Shown here piece by piece: positions 1-11,314 of a stretch of DNA of 64,000 nucleotides. The first letter of the stretch is position 1. Each line of letters starts with the position of its first letter. The DNA is from Minutocellus sp. GHC0000111 (lineage: Eukaryota): NCBI GenBank assembly GCA_977018835.1, contig OZ361257.1, positions 2,728,001 to 2,792,000 of the forward strand, read 5' to 3'. Both the position numbers and the translations under genes were made by a program. The notes beneath the pieces are model-generated. The model was not told where the DNA came from. It worked only from the letters and a program-made list of their open reading frames with translations, and ran no database searches.

Positions 1-293
1 GAAGCAGAGAACTCGGATTGTATGATAACAAGACAATAGAATTCTCTATTGCATTATCTACTGACAAGATTGCATTAGATGCATATAAGTTGGGATATGA
101 GGATGGGAGTAAACAACCAACTGCTCACCCTGCCCTCACTGACAATAAACTTGCCGATGCATATGGTGTGAAGCGCGGAAAGATTCGTCAGTCCCTCCAC
201 GCTGTGTGGCTTTCTAATGATCATAAGAAGGCCAAGGAGGCAAAAAAGAATACCGGTAGAAATAGAAGAACAAAGAAGCCCACCGTGATATAA
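1..293 (+). pseudogene. 3' end of hypothetical ORF convergent with the mariner transposase (copy 0, partial)
   Basis: Identical to the C-terminus of the 10083-11219 ORF. Confidence 0.5.
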
Positions 294-388
294 ACAAACC
301 AATGCTGCTGCATCTTACATGTAGATCTATAAATAATTTGTAGACGTGTAACATTTATTTAATACATGTGTAAAGACATTAACACTAT

Positions 389-769
389 CTATTTATTAGA
401 AGGATGACGAGCTGAGGGCTCCATCCCCTTGGCCGTTTCGTTGAAGTCGATCCTAATTCCAGTGTGCAAGTTTTCGTCACCCAACCTTCCAACAAACTCA
501 TTGCTACCACCGGCCTTAATCACCAGGCCCATTATCCTCCAGTACTGAATGAAGGCCGAAGCAATTTTGCAGTTAGGCATGCTATCGTAAACGTCCTCGG
601 CAGTGTCCCAGATCTGGTCGGTGGAAATGACGGAGGTGCCTACCATTTTTCGTGCCCATTCCGAGTGCCGCCGGCTCATCGCGGGGAACACGCTCAAGTC
701 AAGGACGTTGGCGTGAGGCATCTGCGGTGCCTGTGGCTGCCACGTCCAGCCTTGCTCAGCACAGAAGTT
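389..769 (-). pseudogene. C-terminal fragment of Tc1/mariner-type transposase, truncated by the S-form deletion
   Basis: QAPQMPHANVLDLSVF motif. Matches 11315-11695 up to the junction gaagtt|tataaagg. Confidence 0.85.
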
Positions 770-3662
770 TATAAAGGAAGAGGAACGAAATGAGGTAGGT
801 ACCCTGTTAGAGACTCTTAAAACGAAAGGTCCAACGCGACCGCAAATCTAACGATGGAAAAAGTCACTTACCCATCTCGAATATTAATTTCCTCGTCGGT
901 GAGACGCTGCAACTCTCCAGCGAATCCGGTATTGATTTTAAACGAATCAAAGCCATATTTATAGGGCAATACGACCAGAGGATTCTCCTTCAGCTTGATC
1001 AAAGCATCGACCACAAATTGGATTTGATGATAGTTGAACCTGCCCTGGTCAAAGTTTTGCATGTAATATGCTGCATTTGCACCGTCAACGATGGCAGTGA
1101 ATGGTTCTCCGGTTCGAGTGCTTTCGTTCAAGATGTCATGGCAATTGTCGTGTCATTACAAGAGAGAGAGAGAGAGAGAGAAAATTGAACAAAGGCACGA
1201 AAAATGGCCCATCGGTGAGTGACGACTAGCGCATACAGAGGGAAAAATCGGCAAAGCAAAGGGGGGAACAAAATGATACTCACTCGAGCCAATCTGCAAA
1301 GCGACTCATTTCTTCAACGGCCCGCCGAGCGTCTTCCTTCTCCTTTTGTTTGTTGCCTCTAGCAAATTTGGCAGTTTCAGAAGCGGCGAGCTTCGCTAGG
1401 CTTGCTCTCAGCTGCTTTCTCTGCTCTTCATCCAGCATAACTAGTCTCAGCCTTGCCTTCGTCCTTGGACAGACGCCGGTTTCGTGATCTACAGAGATCC
1501 GACTTGCAACGACTTCATCATGTTCAGCGACATCATTGAAAACACGCATTCCAGCCAGCGAATGCATCTCCTGTAAATTTCGCCCTTCGTGTTGATCCTT
1601 GAATCCAATAGCAAGAGCATTATACATCTTCCTTGCAGAGGCGGCAGTTATCTCCATGATATCTTCTGCCATTTCTGTTACAAGCTCATCGAACAATCCC
1701 AGGCCACTTGTCTGGGAATAGCCAAGGTCAGTGGCAATGTCAATCGGCTCCGCATCTTCGCGGAAGCAGCCGTTCTCCGCAAGGGCTGATATCAGCATTA
1801 CATAATTCTCTGGCTCCAAATGAACTGTTTCTGTGTTCCTCATCCGCTTAAAGAGTTTGAGAGCCGAGCTCACCTCCCCACTTTGGCAATACAGGCTCAA
1901 TATTGGAAGATAAGAACGAAGTCGGACGACCGTACCTTCTTTGGACGCAAATATTTCCAACAATTGTTCCGCTCCCTGAGCATCGCCCTTGGATATTAAG
2001 CCTTTTACACGAAGCGAGGTGCTATTGTCAGTCGGCTCGTAGAGCATGTCGTGCCAAAGAGCAACTTCATCTTGGATATTCACACCATCATCTTTCTCCT
2101 CCTCCTCCTTTTCTTCAATAGCATCATCCTTGTTAGCACTCTCAGCGTCGTCCATACGTGTACCCGAAATACCACAAAAAAGCGAGCTGATTGAAGAAAA
2201 CTTACTTCCCCCTCTGTGACTGTCTCTCCTCGCAAATGTAGAGAGCACTGATCCGCCGGTACTTACAACGTACAATATAGTGCTCATCAGGTCTTTGTGA
2301 GGCATCATTCCAGATTCCTTTATCTTTTCCCACATGACTTCCACAGGGGCCGCCCTGGCACGTTTGGCGCAATTGGTCGCCAAGACCTGCACAGCTTTCT
2401 CAGCAACTTCATATTGCTTGAGCGTTAGGCCAGTCTCTTCGAGAAAAGATGCTCTCTGCTTTTCTAGTTCGCTCCGGAACCGATGCCCAAATGATTCTTC
2501 CTGTCCGTCGCTCATGCCGCACGGCGCTACTGGTTCTGAACTGCAGGCCTGTCTAAGCGTTGGCAAATCATATGGGATAGTTCTCTGATTATTCAAAAGC
2601 CATTTGTAGACAGGACGGAGGAATTCTTGCTTCTCATCTTCTGTGGTATTCTTCATGCCCCTAGTCCTCATTTGAACAAATCTTTCTCTCTCAAGTTCTT
2701 CTCGCATGAGAGTTTCGTACTGCTCGAATGTTTCCTTGTCGTAAGCATTTGGATTCACAGGTTCCGGTTCGAAATTGGCACCATCGTCTGTTGTATCGAA
2801 TATCGACCGGGCTCTTTCATTTGGCGGCGCAAGATTATAGTCTCCGGAAAAAATGGAAGCGCTGGTGCTACTGGGGCCGTCGATGCTGCTAGAAGTACCT
2901 CTGCCTCTGTCGCCATTGGTAGAAAATTCGTCTCCGCGTCTACTCGCTTCCCTAGGGCCGAATGAGGAACGATCTTGGTCAATATCATTTCGTCGTCCTC
3001 CGTCGGGGTCGGGGTAGTTGTCCAGCCTGTCAAGTAAGTTGGCCAAGGTCGACCCCATCCCACCTCGATTCATACTTGTGCCAATCTTGTCGGCCCGGCG
3101 CCTTTCAATCAAGTCATCTACCTCATCAAAGAAAGAAACGAACTTCTTTTCCCCGTTTGGCCGACTTCCTTCCCTTCCTCTTCTTGAACTCAACCGCCGG
3201 CCGTCTCTATCTTGGTTGTAGATGCTGCTCAGAGTTGGCCTTTGGTTGTCATTGTTTACAGTTGAGTTGTCATCCTCATCCACCAATAGACTGCTCAATG
3301 GTGGCATGGGATTACTCTGAGATCTGGCATCATTCTGTCGCTGCCGCTCCCGCTCGTTCCGGGCGGAGGTTTCTCCCCACAGATCAAGAGGGGACTTGCG
3401 CACGGACGTTTCATCCGTCGTGGGTCTACTCCGATATCTATAGTCGACACCATCGTCCGCAGTTGCAGCAGCCACGTCCTCCCCATTCCTCATGGCTCGC
3501 AACGCAGCAGCACTGTCCCGTGGGGTGTGATCGTCACCATCATCAAAAATGGACGAGGAAAATACTCGTGTTGTCAGAAGCACTTCTGGCTCGCAGATGA
3601 CCAGCAGACAAACGTGATCGCAGCACCCGAGATGATGGTGCTCTCAAAGGAAGTCTCAACAT
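770..3662 (-). pseudogene. PRORP: Protein-only RNase P (PRORP), S-form copy lacking the last (catalytic) exon
   Basis: Exon 1 ends at 1284 (GA|gtgagt). Intron 1283-1121 ends aag|. Exon 2 (1120-872) gives FADWLDTRTGEPFTAIVDGAN, followed by a gtaag donor at 871. PPR-like repeats (LRSYLPILSLYCQSGEVSSALKLFKRM) and GVCP precede the NYN domain. The intron-2 acceptor and exon 3 are deleted. The putative ATG at 3662 is out of frame with the main ORF. Confidence 0.9.
1161..1181. repeat. (GA)n microsatellite in PRORP intron 1
   Basis: Seen directly. Length varies between copies (shorter near 16006 and 41785). Confidence 0.9.
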
Positions 3663-4018
3663 GTCGTCCGATACACTGCGTCAATAGTACGCCCAATGCA
3701 CCAGCATACACCCAAGCTATCTGGTTGGCAGATTTGTTGATTTGTTTTACGCACGGACGGACGGCGACGACGCGGCGGCTCCCCCGCACTCCATTATTTT
3801 TTAGTCGAATAAGTCAAGTAAGCAAATCAGTTGGTCTAAGCGCAAGAACAGCGCAAGGAAAAACATGTGACGCACCACAGTACGTGTTGCAGATGGTGCG
3901 TCGTCGCTCAACGAAGTGCTTGTTCTCGCTTTGCTCACATCATATTCTTTCCCGGACCTTCTCCCTTCCGCTACGTTACTGGCTAGACTAGAGCTATTAG
4001 CTGCAACAATAGGAAACC
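3663..4018. promoter_or_regulatory. Probable bidirectional promoter region between PRORP (-) and FBPase-methyltransferase (+)
   Basis: About 356 bp separate the divergent start codons at 3662 and 4019. No specific element identified. Repeated in every unit. Confidence 0.5.
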
Positions 4019-5968
4019 ATGACCGAAACATCTGGATTCGACGTCGTAAGTTGCCTGCTCCTGTATTTCTCTGCGGCCCTTTTCCTACCGGTCGGTGATG
4101 TGCCGATGTATCGGTTTTCACGGAAAATCTTTCTTGGATTCTTCTTTTTGTATGATGTGGTGTGGAACAAAGAGTCTTTGTGGGAGAGAAATGACTTTCT
4201 TGTCGCTGAGAGGCTATGGAGATGGTCCGTTTGCGCCAACTAAATGTCCAATGAGCACCAACTTGGTTGATACAAATCAACACTTGCGCTTGTTCTTTCA
4301 CAGCGACGAATTGGAATGGATCGGAATAATCGGACGCTAAAGAACAATGCCCTCTATTCCGAGATTCACCATTCCTGCATTTCTTGGCGATCCGATGGAC
4401 CGTTCATCTTTCTCCGTATACACTTCAACTATTTATTCTCAATGCACTATACTGATACTATATAATTTCCTCTTGTATTTTTCTGTCCGAACGCTCCCAA
4501 TGATGTGTTGTATTGACTTTGCCAATGCCAATGCCAAATTAATGTCCATGAATCAACTTCCGCGGTACCATTTCTCAACGGATGGCGATGACAGGACGCC
4601 CCGACCCTCAATCGGTTCGTAATGGCCAACACTCGTGATCACGAGCTTGTGATCCTTCTCAACGCTATCGGTACCTCCTGCAAGCTCATTGCCTCGGCCG
4701 TCAAGCGGGCAGGTGTTGCTCAGCTCTATGTCCTTGCAGGTGAGGTGAACAGTACCGGCGATGACCAGAAGAAGCTCGACGTTATGTCCGATGACATGAC
4801 GATCAACGCCCTTGTCAACTCTGGAGTTTGCTCCGTCCTCGTTTCTGAAGAGAAGGAGGAGCCCATCATCGTCCCCAAGGAGAAGGCTGGCAAGTTCTGC
4901 GTCGCCTTCGATCCTCTCGACGGATCCAGTAACATTGACTGCAACGTCTCGGTCGGTACCATTTTCAGTGTTTTCGAAAAGAAGGAAGGATCCGAGGGAA
5001 CCGTCGATGATCTTCTCCGGTCTGGGGCTGAATGCGTCTGCGCTGGTTACTGTGTCTACAGTTCTGCCGTCGAGCTTGTCTTCACCTTCCAGGGCGGCGG
5101 AGTCCACGGCTTCTGCCTCGACCCCGCCATCGGTGAGTTCATCCACACTCGTCTTGTTGTTCCTGTACTTGTGTCCGCTCTGGCACCAGAGATTCCGGCC
5201 GCTCATTTATCTCGAGTGTCAAGGCTTGTCTCTGAAGCTCTCGGGGATAAAGATGTCGGTGGCGGTACCGATGCCACGATGGATTCCGCTGCTGCAGCAC
5301 GATACGCCTCAGTAAGGAGTGCTGTGGCAGACTTTAATCGGGACATGCCAGTACCAGCCAATGAACTCGTCTACGGCGAACTCTCTGTGCCAACCCTTGG
5401 AAGAATCTTAGATGCGGTTGGGTTGGAAGAGCAAGAAACATTTTTGGACGTAGGTTCTGGAGATGGCGCATGCGTTCTTGGGGCGTCCCTTCTATACAAT
5501 CAAGATGATTCCCTGGTAATACCCAAATGCATTGGGGTAGAGATTGTGCCTGGATTGGTCGATAGGTCAGAGCACCATGCTGAAAACTTGGCCGACATAT
5601 TACAAAGAGAGAAGGGGAGTGGCAGCAGCTTGAGGCAAGCACAAGCTCAGGTTGAGTTTTTACTTGGTGATATTCACGATAGCAGTGATCGGGTGATGTC
5701 ACGAGTTCTTTCGCAAGCAACGGTTGTGGTATGCTTCGCTACAACATGGTGTGCGAGCAATACAGAAACAGGCGACAAAACGTCCTTGCAAGGTCGAAGA
5801 TTACCTAACCTCTCTCAGGCTCTATCGGCGTTGAAGAGAGGAGCCAGGGTCGTTATAATCGATGGCAAATTGAATTCTCGTGATGGCTTTGCTTGGCAAG
5901 GAGACTTGCGCATTGTTTGCCCGGATACAGCACCCTACTCTACCGCAACCTTGTACCATAAGCAATGA
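4019..5968 (+). CDS. Chimeric fructose-1,6-bisphosphatase N-terminal domain / DOT1-like SAM methyltransferase, 466 aa, exons 4019-4045 and 4595-5968
   Basis: Exon 1 MTETSGFDV|gtaagt splices to acag|GAC, giving ...DAPTLNRFVMANTRDHEL. FBPase motifs TGDDQKKLDV, LVSEE, FDPLDGSSNID and LDPAIGEF run to 5152. They are followed by VYGEL, FLDVGSGDG (SAM motif I), IGVEI (motif II) and FLLGDI. Confidence 0.88.
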
Positions 5969-6038
5969 TTATTTACTGACGGTCCACACATACAGCAATA
6001 GAGCTTCACTCATACTTTATTATCGCAGCTTTTTGGTA

Positions 6039-6140
6039 TATATTACAAATCAGCAAAGAATGTCACTAGTAGGCGAACAGTAGTATATTACAAATCAGCA
6101 AAGAATGTCACTAGTAGGCAGCAAAGAATGTCACTAGTAG
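6039..6140. repeat. Short tandem duplication (45-bp period plus a partial third copy of agcaaagaatgtcactagtag) downstream of the chimeric gene
   Basis: tatattacaaatcagcaaagaatgtcactagtaggc occurs at 6039 and 6084. One 45-bp unit is missing in the copy near 46657. Confidence 0.9.
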
Positions 6141-6363
6141 CGGCTTTGTAGTATATATACACATACTGCAGCAAAGTGAGTCTGCTACGTAGATCACCTA
6201 CCGGTATGTAGCTACATTTAGGACATGAAAGTACGTACATTAGAACCTGTATGACAAGGATGATTGCTAAAATAAGGTCGTCACTCTTTGGTGATAAGTT
6301 ACAGTCCAGTACTACATAAACTTCACATACCATGTGGCAGGCATGACCTTCAAGTCAGTTCCG

Positions 6364-6840
6364 TCACGGCTTTTCCCCGCGTCTCTTCCCTTGTCCATAA
6401 GGAGGATGCTTGTTATACAAAATTTCAATGGCTGGATAATTCACTTTCCTAATTCCTTGATCCTCGTCTGTCTCCTCGCCCGGCGTCACATCGCTGGAGG
6501 AGCATTGGTCCGGCGTGAAGCACATTGCTGAACACACCGAGAGAAGGACTGAGTTGTCGCCCAATTCTCCACACGCAATCTCACTCCAAAATGAAGAATT
6601 TCGTCGGTGATAGTTGTGGCGTGGTCTGCTTCGCCCTCCTAGCTTCTTGGTATTGGTGTCGCCCTCTACAAAAGTGCGGGCGTCGTCGTCGTCGTCGTCG
6701 TCGTCATTGTCGTCATTGTCGTCAATGGTGAGCGAATCTCCACAGAATACATGTATGGTCGATGGGAAGGATCGACAGGAAGACTCGTCGTAAGGGTCCT
6801 CTGGTGCCCTAAGGCGCGATTCCACGTAGTCTTTCCACAT
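6364..6840 (-). other. Hypothetical ORF or gene fragment with poly-Asp (GTC)n tract; copies at 21205, 32141 (frameshifted), 46937 and 57858
   Basis: Protein-like 158-aa frame with a non-ATG start and no recognised family. Tract length varies by copy. Confidence 0.35.
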
Positions 6841-7246
6841 TGAGACTCAACTGTCACACGCAACAAGTAGACGGGATTCTTGTTTATTGCTACGTACTAG
6901 TAGCTTTTGATCGGATGTAGCCGAAACAGTGGAGCACTTCGCGTGTTGCTCGCAATCAATTAATTTGCTGAGGAAATGATCACTGAGCAGAGAGTGAAAA
7001 TGGATAGCCAAATAGCACGTGCGTGTGAGGCCACTTGCTGGTCATTGTGCTAACCTTCCAGGAGCTACTCCTAGCTACGTAGCTAGATACGAGAGTATGC
7101 AAGCTGCGCCATTGGCGGCTTTCGACTATGAAAGATCAAAGCACAAGATTCACTCGATTCATCAAAGATGCGCGCAAGCACCGAGCGCATCTTTGAAAAA
7201 TGGCCCAACAACCAGGAGATTGGTAGAAACCTCTGAAATGAATGAC

Positions 7247-7371
7247 GAATCGAATGAATCGAATCGAATGAATCGAATCGAATGAATCGAATGAATCGAA
7301 TGAATCGAATCGAATGAATCGAATGAATCATCGAATGAATCGAATGAATCATCGAATGAATCGAATCGAAT
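7247..7371. repeat. GAATC/GAAT compound microsatellite; copies at 22085-22223, 33025-33154, 47811-47940 and 58744-58873
   Basis: Seen directly. Lengths are 125, 139, 130, 130 and 130 bp. Confidence 0.95.
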
Positions 7372-9776
7372 AACATCTGGAAGCAGCCACAGCCCCATCT
7401 CGTCTTGTTTCGCCGGTCGGATGAAGCGTTTTTCGGCAGAAGACGAACACGTCACGAAGAAACCCACCAAAACCCAATCTCGTTCGTCACCCATTCTTTG
7501 ACCGTCCAACACCATGGTGGTCCGTCGGCGTTGCGCCGGCGTGTAACCATGTTTTCGCACCAAACACGCATTCATTGTCATGTTTGGACACAGTTGAAGC
7601 TCACTGCATCCTCAGATTGGCCTCCGCTGCGTGTCAACGCCACGAGCCATCGGCCTGCTTTTCCTCCATCTGTCGGCCGTTCGTTTCTCTGGGGTGGTGC
7701 CATTGCTCTCCGTCTTTGTGCTCGTCGTGCTCCCGTTGTGATGCCCCAGACCCTCTGGCACTTTCCCACGTTGTTGTTGATGACAAACTGCCGGGATTGC
7801 GCCGCACCCCCCGCATGGCCGACTCTCGCTGATCCCGACCGATGATCGCATCCCCACTCGACCTCCCGGATTTGTTGCGCCCGAGGAGAGACAGACAGTG
7901 TTGGGATAAGTTCATGCAACAATCAACCCGACAAAGGGACTTTTTGGTCTGGGAGACAAATGGGTGAGTTAAGAAGGACGTGATGTGTTTGTTTGGGTGT
8001 GCTGTTTGCTTTTTTGCTCAATCGCGATGCTGTCCCCCCGCCTCTCCTCGACCTTTGGATTGGATGCCCTCTCCTCAGCCTTGAACTGCGCCGTCTGTTG
8101 GGCCTCATGTCCCTTGACGCCCTGAGTCCGACGATCTTCCTTAACGCCCTCTTGGTGGGCTCGCTCCACAAACGATTCGTCGAGCCAACAGATGCCGCCC
8201 CATCCATTCTTCACTCTAGCCAAATGTGTTGGTCCAAGATGTGATCTTCGAGCAAGTGCCACTTGGGCGTCATGCCAATGCCGATTGCCCGTGCTTGCTT
8301 GAGGGCACTTGCAATCAATGCTTCAAGCTCTCTCACAGCCTTCTTTGCCTCATCATCCCATTTCATGCACCATTTCAGAAACCTGGAACATGTTGCGTCA
8401 AGAGTGTGGAGCAAATTAGAGCAAGCTTTGCAGAGCTCTTTGATGTCGTCATCCGTCATGCCATCTTCCTCGCGATTGTGCTCTAGGAGAGTTCCTTTGG
8501 TGGAGGTGTTGTGGTGGATGAACTCTGTTGTCCTTGGTTTCTTCTTGTTGTTGCCATCATCAGAAACATTAACAACAGACAAAGCTCTCCCCAGCACTCT
8601 GCCAGCACTGCCCTTGTTTCACCTGAGTCGGCCGCCTCAATGCCGGCCTTTTTCAGGAAATGGAAGTGAGGGGCATCGTCATCCTCGGCATCATCGACAG
8701 CTCCCATCTCTGGCTCGCCATCACCGTGCTTCTGACGACTCTTCTCAAAGCACTGCTGCATGCATGCGCTTCATGTGCAGCGTCCTCTCTTGCAACATCA
8801 GCTTCGTCCTCACAACAGGGCACACAGTCCTCGTCTTCGTCGTCATCGTCCTCACTGATCTCGCCGGCCTCCGTCGTGGTCAGGGTGCCCACCGTCCCAA
8901 CATCGTCGTCGTCATTGTCCCACCCATCGCCCTGCCTGGCCATCACACCCACCAGGGAACTTCTGGGCCTCGAGCAACATCTGCCTGTTGACTTCGTAGT
9001 CCATCGCCGCATGTCCCACCGACACATGTGGTGCGACCGACTTGAGGAATGCATCACATGCCTTCGTCAAATTGAGCCGCGGCGGCGGCATTTCGAGGCG
9101 AAATTGTTGCTCGACCGTGACCACGTCGAAAGCCACATCCATCCATCATCATCATGGAGAGCGTCGGCTGCACGAGGATTGACAGAACCGAGGCGAACAA
9201 ATGTGCTCTTTTTGTGTGGGGTTCGCTGAACGTCGTCGGCAAGGCAGTGTCTTGACACCATTTCATCCCATCCATTCTGGTTGTCTGTCCTCACAAAAAA
9301 CACGTCGCAGTGTGTCTTCGTCGTCGTGTGTTTCTTCTTCTTCAAACCCAAGATGCCCGCAGTGTGCACGACGGCGCCGCACATGATGGGACTGCATCCC
9401 AACACATTCATCAAGGAGTCGTTGTTGTTGCCGATGAAATTGTAGCAATGAAGTTCCTTTCTGCGAAGACGGACGAGTGGTTCAGCCAGGCAGGGCGTCC
9501 TGCACCGCAACTCTGTCTGCGGTGTTGACCGCGGGATTGCGGCCGTTGTTTTTTTGCTCATGGAGAGTTGTGGATCGAGACCAACGGGAACATCACCAGG
9601 ATGTCGGGAGCACCTGGTTGGTCTCGTGCCGTAACTCTCCCACACCAGCGCGAGATGTCGCCTTCGTTCTGCACGCAGCGGCGGCAATTTGAATTTTTGC
9701 CGCCATGGTGGCTCGCGTTGGGCGCGCCGGTCGGTTGCTTCGCGCGCCGGCCGGCCACCGAAAGTGCGACCAAAAG
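7372..9776 (-). mobile_element. Degenerate TpA-depleted transposon-derived block containing a DDE transposase C-terminal remnant (CMC/Chapaev- or Transib-like)
   Basis: Minus-strand fragments MTPKWHLLEDH (8211-8597) and, after a frameshift, GGICWLDESFVERAHQ (7969-8262). These resemble the K-x-H-x-L-x-x-H ... E-x-x-E-R-x-H-Q end of CMC/Chapaev-type transposases. Boundaries are set from TpA depletion; no TIRs found. Confidence 0.55.
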
Positions 9777-10082
9777 TATGCGAGTCATCCGGCTGGCAGA
9801 TGGTGCTGTGCTGACGCTGCTGCTGCAGCTGCTATCACAGGAATTCCTAGCTAGCAGCTGCGTGCCTAGGCCTAGGTGCCTACGAGGTCCGGGACAGCAA
9901 TTTCGGGGACCCGGTTTTTTGGGTCTTTGGACTTTCCGACACGGCGGTTTGCGCGCACCTTGAAAAACACGCGGCAAAGCAAGCAAATCAAAACACATCC
10001 GTCAACAACCGACCTCCAAGCAATTACCACAAATAGACTGGGCAACTTCTGCCGACTGGCGCTTCAAGAAGCTTCCATACTC

Positions 10083-11219
10083 ATGGATACTCCAAAGGGA
10101 CACATCTTCAGTCCACCGCGTCCACCGAAACGCGCCGAGGCGACTGCATTCAGCCCCTCGCGCCATGAGAAGGAAACTTCCAACGAAACGCCGGAACATC
10201 CGCGGTATCGAGAGAACAAGGACAACGATGACGAGGAGGACAACCAAGGGGTCCCACCGGCATCGTCAGACCTCACATCTCCTCGTGTGTTGAAATATCG
10301 ACGCGAGTACAACGAAGAGGATGGCTTCGCCGCCGAACAAGCCCAAGCAAGGAAGTACTTGCATCATGACATATTGCGTGCCGACTTTCGCGGTACCGCT
10401 ACCGTTTCATCTCATTCTGATGAAGATGATTCATTCTCAGAGATGAGCATAGCAACCGCCGACGCAAAGCCAAGCGGCGAGAGGAGAAAGCCCGTGAGCT
10501 CATTCGACCTTCCCTCCGCCACGCCCATGGTAACAAGTCCAATGTCAGTTCATACTCAGCATGCTCTTACCCCAAGCCGCTCATGCCCGTCGTTCAGCAA
10601 CCTTCAATTGTCATCCCCTACCATCTTGGAGCCCTTGCCTCCAACCGAACCAACCGAACGACAGATTTAACGAGAGGTTGAGGAACATCGGAGGCTTGCG
10701 TGCTTTTTGACGTACGGAGAAGCACCACTACCACAAGACATAAAGAACTACAAGTCACCCACATGTAGTCAGAGGCCCGAACCAAGAAGAAAAGAGAAAG
10801 GGGTCTACCTCCCCTTCAAACAAGTTCCTGGTTGGGGTAGCGAGGTCGCGGTCACCACAATGCTAGGCATGATCGAAGTCGATCGCCAAGTAAGAGAGGG
10901 TCGTGGTGCCTACCCGAAAGGGTGGAGAAGCAGAGAACTCGGATTGTATGATAACAAGACAATAGAATTCTCTATTGCATTATCTACTGACAAGATTGCA
11001 TTAGATGCATATAAGTTGGGATATGAGGATGGGAGTAAACAACCAACTGCTCACCCTGCCCTCACTGACAATAAACTTGCCGATGCATATGGTGTGAAGC
11101 GCGGAAAGATTCGTCAGTCCCTCCACGCTGTGTGGCTTTCTAATGATCATAAGAAGGCCAAGGAGGCAAAAAAGAATACCGGTAGAAATAGAAGAACAAA
11201 GAAGCCCACCGTGATATAA
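10083..11219 (+). pseudogene. Hypothetical ~378-codon ORF interrupted by one in-frame TAA (10668-10670), convergent with the mariner transposase
   Basis: The 195-aa ORF (MDTPKG...) and the 170-aa ORF at 10707 are in the same frame, linked by ERQI*REVEEHRRLACFL. Ser/Pro-rich N-terminus and basic C-terminus. Confidence 0.6.
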
Positions 11220-11314
11220 ACAAACCAATGCTGCTGCATCTTACATGTAGATCTATAAATAATTTGTAGACGTGTAACATTTATTTAATACATGTGTAAA
11301 GACATTAACACTAT

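Noticed and set aside
700..871. In-frame PRORP-transposase fusion protein in S units
   Set aside because: The exon-2 donor is phase 2. The nearest AG acceptors after the junction (tgag, caag, ggcag, acag, gcag) all give frames out of register with the transposase.
4622..5152. Complete functional FBPase with an unrecognised downstream exon
   Set aside because: No FBPase C-terminal motifs (RYIGSMVAD, KLRLLYE) were seen in any listed ORF of the unit.
6039..7371. CRISPR-like array from the 45-bp repeat or the GAATC repeat
   Set aside because: No unique spacers, no cas genes, and a eukaryotic intron-containing context.
7019..9998. The many overlapping 60-240 aa ORFs in all six frames as real genes
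   Set aside because: They are an artefact of TpA depletion removing TAA/TAG stops and of the microsatellite.
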